Shown in pieces: positions 56,938 through 64,000 of a stretch of DNA of 64,000 nucleotides. Source of the DNA: the human T2T-CHM13v2.0 reference genome, Homo sapiens. The DNA is taken from assembly GCF_009914755.1 (NCBI RefSeq), contig NC_060939.1. One strand, given 5' to 3'. The notes under the pieces were generated by a model, which was not told the origin of the DNA, ran no database searches, and saw only the letters and a list, made by a program, of their open reading frames with translations. Position 1 is the first letter of the stretch; every line of letters starts with the position of its first letter. Both the position numbers and the translations under genes were made by a program.

Positions 56938-58364
56938 CATGCTCTCATTTTACAGCTAAGAAAACTGAAGGTGCATTATTTGCCAAAGTTGGTAGAGCTA
57001 TTAAATAGCCAAACTAGAGCTTTTCTTACATAAAGGCAAATACTTGTATGATGCATACTCTGTGTGAAGCATTAGGTCATTTGCTCTTAAGTCATTTAAT
57101 CTTTGTAACTATCTATAACAAAAGTACTATTATTGTGTTTATTTGTAAATGAATACAAGGCCAGAACTGGGCTTGGAGTGCAGCTAGGGAGGTTCTTAGG
57201 GTGCAACATTTAAGAAGACATTACTCTCAGGTTCCTACCAGCACTTCCACGACCCTGACTGTTATCTCCTTAAATATTGCATCCTAGTTGCTTCACTGGC
57301 CTCATCTTAATCCTGGTCCTGTTTGAAGAAACTGAGGCATACAAAGATTGGGTAACTTACCCAAAGTTTCCAAACTAGCAAGTAGCAGAGCTGGGATTCA
57401 AACCCCAGAAAGCTGGCCTCAGGGTCCATGTCGTGAACCACTAGCCTACACTGACTCCCACATCTCTGATCTGCAAACTGTGCCTTTTCCATTTCTTTCT
57501 CAAGACATAACTTTCAGAAATTAGCCAGTGCTTTGACAAGTGGAGCACCTAAAGTAAAATCCCAGAGATGGGTTCTGGGGAGACTAAGCCGAACTACTCA
57601 ACAGCTCCCCTGGGCGCCTACCACATGATTCTCCTGAAGGAGTTTACTGGCCACACAGATCGCCTCGCCACATCTGTACTTATCATAGCTCTGCATAAAT
57701 CTCCCCAGTTCCGTGGAGGCCCCCCTGCAAGCGGCCAGATGGACTCTGTCCTGTTGGAGAAGAGGCCATTCAGACCCGTCAGGATTATTAGCTCTGACCA
57801 GCTGTAAGGAAAACAAACGTTCTCCTGGCCAAGCCAGAATGAATCTGCCACTTGTCCAAATGTTCTGAGTCAAATACCTAGAAATCAGATCTCTCATAAA
57901 CACACCCAATTTGGTAGCTCATGCTCTTTGGTCTTTTAGAATTAACTGGTCATTTGCATTCATTTCGTCACCTTTCCAATGCTGTTGCTCTGTCATTGGG
58001 TTTTGAATGGTTCTCCAATTTAGGCAGAGCTTCCCACAAGGCAATATGAATACAAAAATATACATTGGTGCTTGTATATTTTACCCCCTCAGGCCTTTGG
58101 GAAGATGTTTACACAAGTCATCAGCCAACAGCAGGTTCTTCTTCTGCTCCCCAAGAGGAAGCTCAAGTCAGTTTTGGTTCATCAGTGCTGAGTGAGCTCC
58201 AGCAGGGCAGCCTGTCCCGGGCCAGCAGATCTTTTGTATCTGCCTCAAACTCAGAGGTTTTTGGTTTGAATTTCATTGCCATTTTTCCTTCATTAAAAAT
58301 GGTAATTTGCAGTGTTGAATTTTCACCCTTTTGTTTGGAATTTCTATTTTATTCTATGACTGAT

Positions 58365-58525
58365 TATCAAAGCTGTGGGTCTGTGGACCAGCAGCATTGG
58401 CATCTCCCAGGAGCTTGTTGGAAATGCAGACTCTCAGGCTGCACCCTAGATGTCCTAGATCCAGAATTTGCAACTTAACAAGATCCCAGGTGATGCCTGT
58501 GAACACTCAAGTTTGAGAAGTGCTA
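58365..58525. mobile_element. MER5A1-like element
   Basis: GTGGACCAGCAGCATTGGCATC...GAAATGCAGACTCTCAGG...AAGTTTGAGAAG. Confidence 0.7.
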
Positions 58526-58722
58526 TTCCACATGTCCATTTCTCTGTTACCTTCAGCTAGGGTCTCCATTCAGTACTTACTTTGAGGCTAAAATTTTTTG
58601 GTAGACTTTCAGATCTTAAAAAAACACACATACGCAGAAATTCTTTCCTTTGCCTTTGCATGATGTCATTCATTTTACCTGGCCTGCCACAAGAAAGAAA
58701 AAGGCAAATTATATCCAAGTTT

Positions 58723-58734
58723 TATATATATGTG

Positions 58735-58780
<46 letters not shown>

Positions 58781-58789
58781 CATATATAT
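58723..58789. repeat. Compound (TA)n(CA)n(TA)n microsatellite
   Basis: About 18 uninterrupted CA units flanked by TA runs. Confidence 0.95.
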
Positions 58790-59521
58790 GACTAACTTCT
58801 TAATTGCATCTCTTAAAACCCCCATCATTAACAGAGTCCCAAGTGTTGCCAAGATTAATTGAGAAAGACCTAAATGCAAAATAAACACTGTGGCGTGGTT
58901 TAATTCCATATCAGCTAAGAATGAAGGTGCAATTAGTAATAAAGATGTTAATAATTAGTTGTGGTCTATTAAATTTTATGTTCAGTAATTATGTGGAGAG
59001 TGAAGAAAGAATTTTCTCATGAGGGCAGAAATCAATGTTTCACCTTGATTGCTATTTTAATGTGCTTATTTTAATGGGGCCATCCTGTAGAAACCCTTGG
59101 GCACATTTCCAATTTTACGTAAATGTAGAATTAATTATTATGGAAGCATATAATTTTAGAGTTGGAGCGACCTTGGCGGTCATTTAATCCAGCTCAGTCA
59201 TCTTAAAAGTAAGTAAGAGTTAGTTGACTTACTTAAGTCCTTCCACAGAGATTTGGAACCTGCGCTCCTCAACTCTAATGCCAGTGAAGGCGAAACCTTT
59301 TCTGATCCCTTCAGACAGAAGTGCTTTTTCTTGCCTCAGAATTTCCCAAAGCAACATTTATTGTATGGCCTCTAAGGCCCTTACCCCGCCCTGCATTGTG
59401 ATCTAGTTGCTTTCAGTTGTAAGGTTGGGGTCTTGAAAACTATGGATGATTAATTTTTGTATTTCTTCATCATTGCTAACTCTGTGTTTTGCAAACAGTA
59501 GTTGCACAATAAATATTCATG

Positions 59522-59652
59522 CAGTGGTGTTCTGGAGCTGGTTTTTACCTGCTCACCAGAGCTCACTGTGTCTTCACATTGGTAGCTTGATATCAGCCAT
59601 GATGGAAGTATTTACACCATAGGAGTGGGCAAATGCTACAAATCAGGGCTTC
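59522..59652. mobile_element. MER63-like (hAT-Blackjack)
   Basis: CAGTGGTGTTCTGGAGC...GTATTTACACCA...GCAAATGCTACAAATCAGGGCTT. Confidence 0.7.
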
Positions 59653-59729
59653 TACCCTGTCCTGCCCACGTCCCCCGCCCCACCCCACCTCAGGGCAGTG
59701 GGTCTTTACAAAAATCTAAAGATCTAAAC

Positions 59730-59920
59730 CAGGCTTGTCCAACCCATGGCCCATGGGCGTCATGTGGCCCAGGATGGCTTTGAATGCAGCCCAACACAAA
59801 TTCGTAAACTTTCTTAAAACATTATGAGATTTTTTTTTGCAATATATTTTTTTAGCTCATCAACTGTCATTAGTGTTAGTGTATTTTATGTGTGACCCAA
59901 GACAATTCTTCTAAACCAAT
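59730..59920. mobile_element. MER30 (hAT-Charlie)
   Basis: GGCCCAGGATGGCTTTGAATGCAGCCCAACACAAATTCGTAAACTTTCTTAAAACATTATGAG. Confidence 0.82.
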
Positions 59921-60583
59921 GTGAAGATGGCCATTTACCCATTGCTTTGCCTGGGCTACTTCAAGAGTGGTGAAGGAGCCAAGTATTTAACGCCCTTGAA
60001 TATTTTCAGGATTAAAGTCAGTGCAAGTGAGGCCTTGGGACTGCACTAGAATTTGGTTGCTTATCTAAGTTCCATTACGTAGAAAAGCTCTTTGAGTATG
60101 AATAGTGAAGGAAACAGGGTCTGAAATATCACAGTTAGTTGAAGGAGCAAAAAATACATGATTAGAAAAAAAAAGTGAACAGGAAAGTTTCCTGTGGCTG
60201 AAATTGCAATCATATGTTTGTACTTCTCTGAAAACCTTCAGTGGCTCCCAGTGACCTACAAAAATGCCCAGACTCTTTGCATAAAAATTACACGCTGACC
60301 ATAGTTTACTGTTCTAATCTCATTTCCAACCACTTGCATCATCCACTGTTCATCCTCTGTTGATTCCCTCTTTCATTCTACTTTCCAACTTCTGTGGAGC
60401 CTCTGTTCCAGCCTCCATGATGGTGCCTTCTAAAATGCGTTCCCCCTGCTTCCCAGTTCTACCATAGACCCTTTCCCAAGCTTCCGTTCCTACCTGGTCC
60501 TCTCTACCACGGACCAGAGCTTCTGAGTTAACATGAAATTCATCCGACTCTGATCATCTCCTCTCTTGTCTATCTCTCTTTAG

Positions 60584-61031
60584 GAGCAGGACCCGTGGTA
60601 CCATTGGCCCTGGCAAGTATGGCTATGGTAAGGCCCCATATATCTTACCACTGCAGACAGACACTGCACACACGCCACAGAGGCTCCGGAGACAGAAGCT
60701 CTCATCCCGCCATTCCAGGTCCCAGGGAGCATCTTCTGCTAGGCATGGCTACAGTTCACCAGCCCACCAGGTCCCCCAACATGGGCCTTTGTACCAAAGT
60801 GACAGTGGCCCTCGCTCTGGACTGCAGGCTGCGGAGGCCCCCATCTACCAGCTACCTTTGACCCATGATCAAGGCTACCCTGCAGCTTCAAGTCTCTTTC
60901 ACAGCCCAGAAACAAGCAACAACCACGGTGTGGGGACCCATGGGGCAACTCAGAGCTTCTCTCAGCCTGCCCGATCTACAGCAATCTCATGCATCGGGGC
61001 CTATCGGCAGTACAAGCTGTGCAACACCAAC
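60584..61031 (+). CDS. THSD4: THSD4/ADAMTSL6 internal coding exon (likely exon 5), TSR1 insert plus C-terminal half of TSR1 (RSRTRGTIGPGKYGYGKAPYILPL...SCIGAYRQYKLCNTN)
   Basis: Long pyrimidine tract and ttTAG acceptor ending 60583. Donor AAC|GTGAGT at 61032. 448 nt with no stop in the frame set by AG+G=Arg. Ends in C-x-G-x3-Q-Y-x2-C-N, the TSR closing motif. Confidence 0.95.
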
Positions 61032-61669
61032 GTGAGTACACACAACCCATACCCGGCCTGGAAACAGCTGCCCCTCGTTTTTCTGTCATTTGGCACTAAG
61101 CATGATGAAGACAGCAAGGATATGGTGTCTGGGCCATGTTAACACACCTTTTAATCTTCCTCCTTTCTCTTTGCTTTCCATGTATTCTCCCTACATAGTT
61201 TTCTTTTTTTTTTTTTAAAGTTATTGCTTTAGTAACTTATACATTGCTTCTTGAATTGCTTATTGACAATCGCTTAATGGTGGTATTAATTATTAACAGC
61301 TATTGCTGCAAAACAACCTCCAAATTCTCAGTGACTTATATTAACAATATTTATTCTTTGCTCAAGTGCAATATATAAGTTTCCCAGAGGTTCTCTGCTA
61401 TTCCAGGTGTAAACACTAGGTATTGTAGCATGAAGAAGTCTGAGAGTGAAGTTGTGAAGAGTCTTCTCTTAGGGGAAGAGCTGGGACAGCTAAGGTGATA
61501 GATGGCACACAGAGGCCTCTGGGCAGCAGTAAGTTCCTAACTGGTGTGGAAGTATGTTGTTATTTTAAGGACCTGTATAGCTGTACTCATGCATATATAT
61601 ACAGGTATACCCACTTTGGATATCAGTTCAATAAATATTTATTGATTTTATCTTCATGCATTTACATAA

Positions 61670-62020
<351 letters not shown>

Positions 62021-63337
62021 TGTGCTCAGCACTTTTTCTACTAACTCCATTTCATCTCCTTAACCATGAGTTTGCTCTTCTCTTCATTTTATAGTTGCAA
62101 AGAGAGGTAAAATAACTTGCTGAAGATGCCACAGCTAGGGAGTAGTAGAACCAACTATCAATGTTAATTGTATATGGTGACCAAAGGAATTTTTTAAAAT
62201 ATCAGTTTAAAGACTGCGTATTAAAGAGAAGTGAATGAGAGGATGTTAAGAGGTTAAATTTCTGAGCCAGTATATTTTTCATTAATAATTTAATCTGCCT
62301 TAATACTCTGTTGCTGGGTAACAGGACAGCTGTTCTATATTAGCTTCAATTTCCTCATTAAAAATATATTTCCTGCTATAGAGTCCATAGAAATGACTTA
62401 ATTTGTGATCTTAATAATTTCATTGAATGCCTGGGTTGCTTTTTAGCTTATTCTTCCACTGTCAGACTTCAGGAATCATTAATTTTAAAAAGCAGTAATT
62501 TTTCTAAGGCCATTGCTGATCAGTCAACCAGTAAGTCTTCACTGAGCATCATTGCTTGTCTTGTAACAGAGTAGGTGTCACGGAGAATAACAGAAAAGTC
62601 GTGGTATCTACCTCCTAGCATTGCTTTGAGGATCAAATGAGGGATGGTAGGAAAGTGCTTTGTAAATCAAAAAGTAAAGAATTGTTTGGTTTCATGGTCA
62701 GACATGCCCTTGTTCCTGAATATCTGTTGCTGTTCTTTTAAAACGAAATGAATTCATTTGTAATATACAACATATTCTCCCATTGAGTAGTGTATCTCTT
62801 AATTTTGAAGACCAAGCAAACCATAGAGAGAAAGTAAAAGAGAGGGCATTTGGCATCCGTGTGGAGCTGATGCCCGCTTAGCATTCCTTGCATTTAACTT
62901 ACATTTGTAAAGCCCGCCCCTTTTGCCAGACCTGTGCTGCCAACGGCAGGGTTGTTCTCCCCATGTAGAAGCTGTGGCTTCCCTGAGTGCTGGGGTAATG
63001 GCACCACTGAGGAGACTGTATTGCAAGGAATCCCAGGAAATTCTCGTGAGGTCATGGTGTCTTCTGGCATTTTGGATGAAGGCAAAATAAAGCCTCCAAC
63101 CCAAGCCAAAGAAGTACATGTTGACACGGGATTGTATAGGTGTAGTTCCCTTCTCTTCCCTGTGACATGTGCACAGTGTCCTCCCCAGTGCACCCCACTG
63201 TTCCAAGTCCACATCCTGCTTACCCTTATTGAGAGATGTCATTCCTTAGAGGTTCCATTATTGCATGTATTTTTTTCATAAGCCCATGTCTTCTTGTGAC
63301 TTGGGCCACACCCCCATGATCTCTTTAAAATTCCCTC

Positions 63338-63870
63338 TTTCAGAGGTCCCCAAGACCATTCCTGGGTTTGATGATTTCCTAGGAGGACTCATAAGACTTA
63401 GCATATAGTCACACTCACAGTTACGACTTATTACAGCCAAAGGATTGAATAAACAAAGCAAAATCACTAAAGGAAAGGCTCATAGGCCGAAGAGCATAGG
63501 AAACCAGGCATAAGCTCTCCAGAATCACAGTGGAGCCACATAGGACTTGCTTAATTCCTCTGCAATGACTTGTTATAACATGTAAAAGTTCTATACCAGA
63601 GAAGTCTCCCCTGTGCCCGGGGTTTTTACTGAGGGCTGGTCACATAGGCACCCTCTGCCTGCCACATATCAAAATTCCAGACTCCTAAAAAGAAATCAGG
63701 TGTTTAGCATAAGCTATTTTAGGCACGGTGAGCCACTCCTATCATTTAGGGAGTGGTGAGAACTGCCCTGAAATCCAAGTTCCCAGATGCCAGCCATGGA
63801 CCAGCCTTGCAAACAGGCCTTTCTAAGGGGAGCAGTCTCAGTTCAGCTATGTTGCTTTTTTTATATACTC
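63338..63870. mobile_element. MER68-like ERVL LTR
   Basis: GGTCCCCAAGACCA...GATGATTTCCTAGGAGGACTCA...CCAAGTTCCCAGATGCCAGCC motifs of the MER68/MER21 group. Confidence 0.7.
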
Positions 63871-64000
63871 CCCAGATGGACCCATATGCCCCAGCATCTC
63901 AGCATCAATGACCTCATGTAGACATTTATCTGTCCTCCCCAGTGTCCAGCATCAAGAGAGGACATGAATGACCCAATTATGTAAGTATTCCTACTGAAAG

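Overview
Primate, very probably human, genomic DNA lying entirely inside THSD4 (ADAMTSL6) on the + strand. There are two internal coding exons: 32978-33342 (365 nt, GC/CpG-rich) and 60584-61031 (448 nt), separated by a 27.2-kb GT-AG intron. Together they encode a split first thrombospondin type-1 repeat with a long basic, low-complexity insert. The rest is intron packed with interspersed repeats: about 14 Alus, THE1/MST/MLT1 MaLR LTRs, an LTR12F, MER68, MER1B, MER2, MER5, MER20, MER30, MER63, MER94, MADE2, L1M, L2 and MIR. Most notable observations: (1) a perfect 103-bp inverted, locally templated copy inserted inside an Alu, with slippage-type junctions; (2) a sense-oriented, CCAAT-rich LTR12F about 450 bp upstream of a CpG-island coding exon, with an in-frame upstream ORF; (3) the two exons form a phase-0/phase-0, stop-free 813-nt cassette, allowing in-frame skipping or an endless-ORF circRNA; (4) a 1.15-kb higher-order GT repeat inside a MER20; (5) tandem splice acceptors on both exons and a strong cryptic donor in the second. 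Repeat subfamily names come from recalled consensus sequences, not from a search. No CRISPR, rRNA or tRNA was seen.
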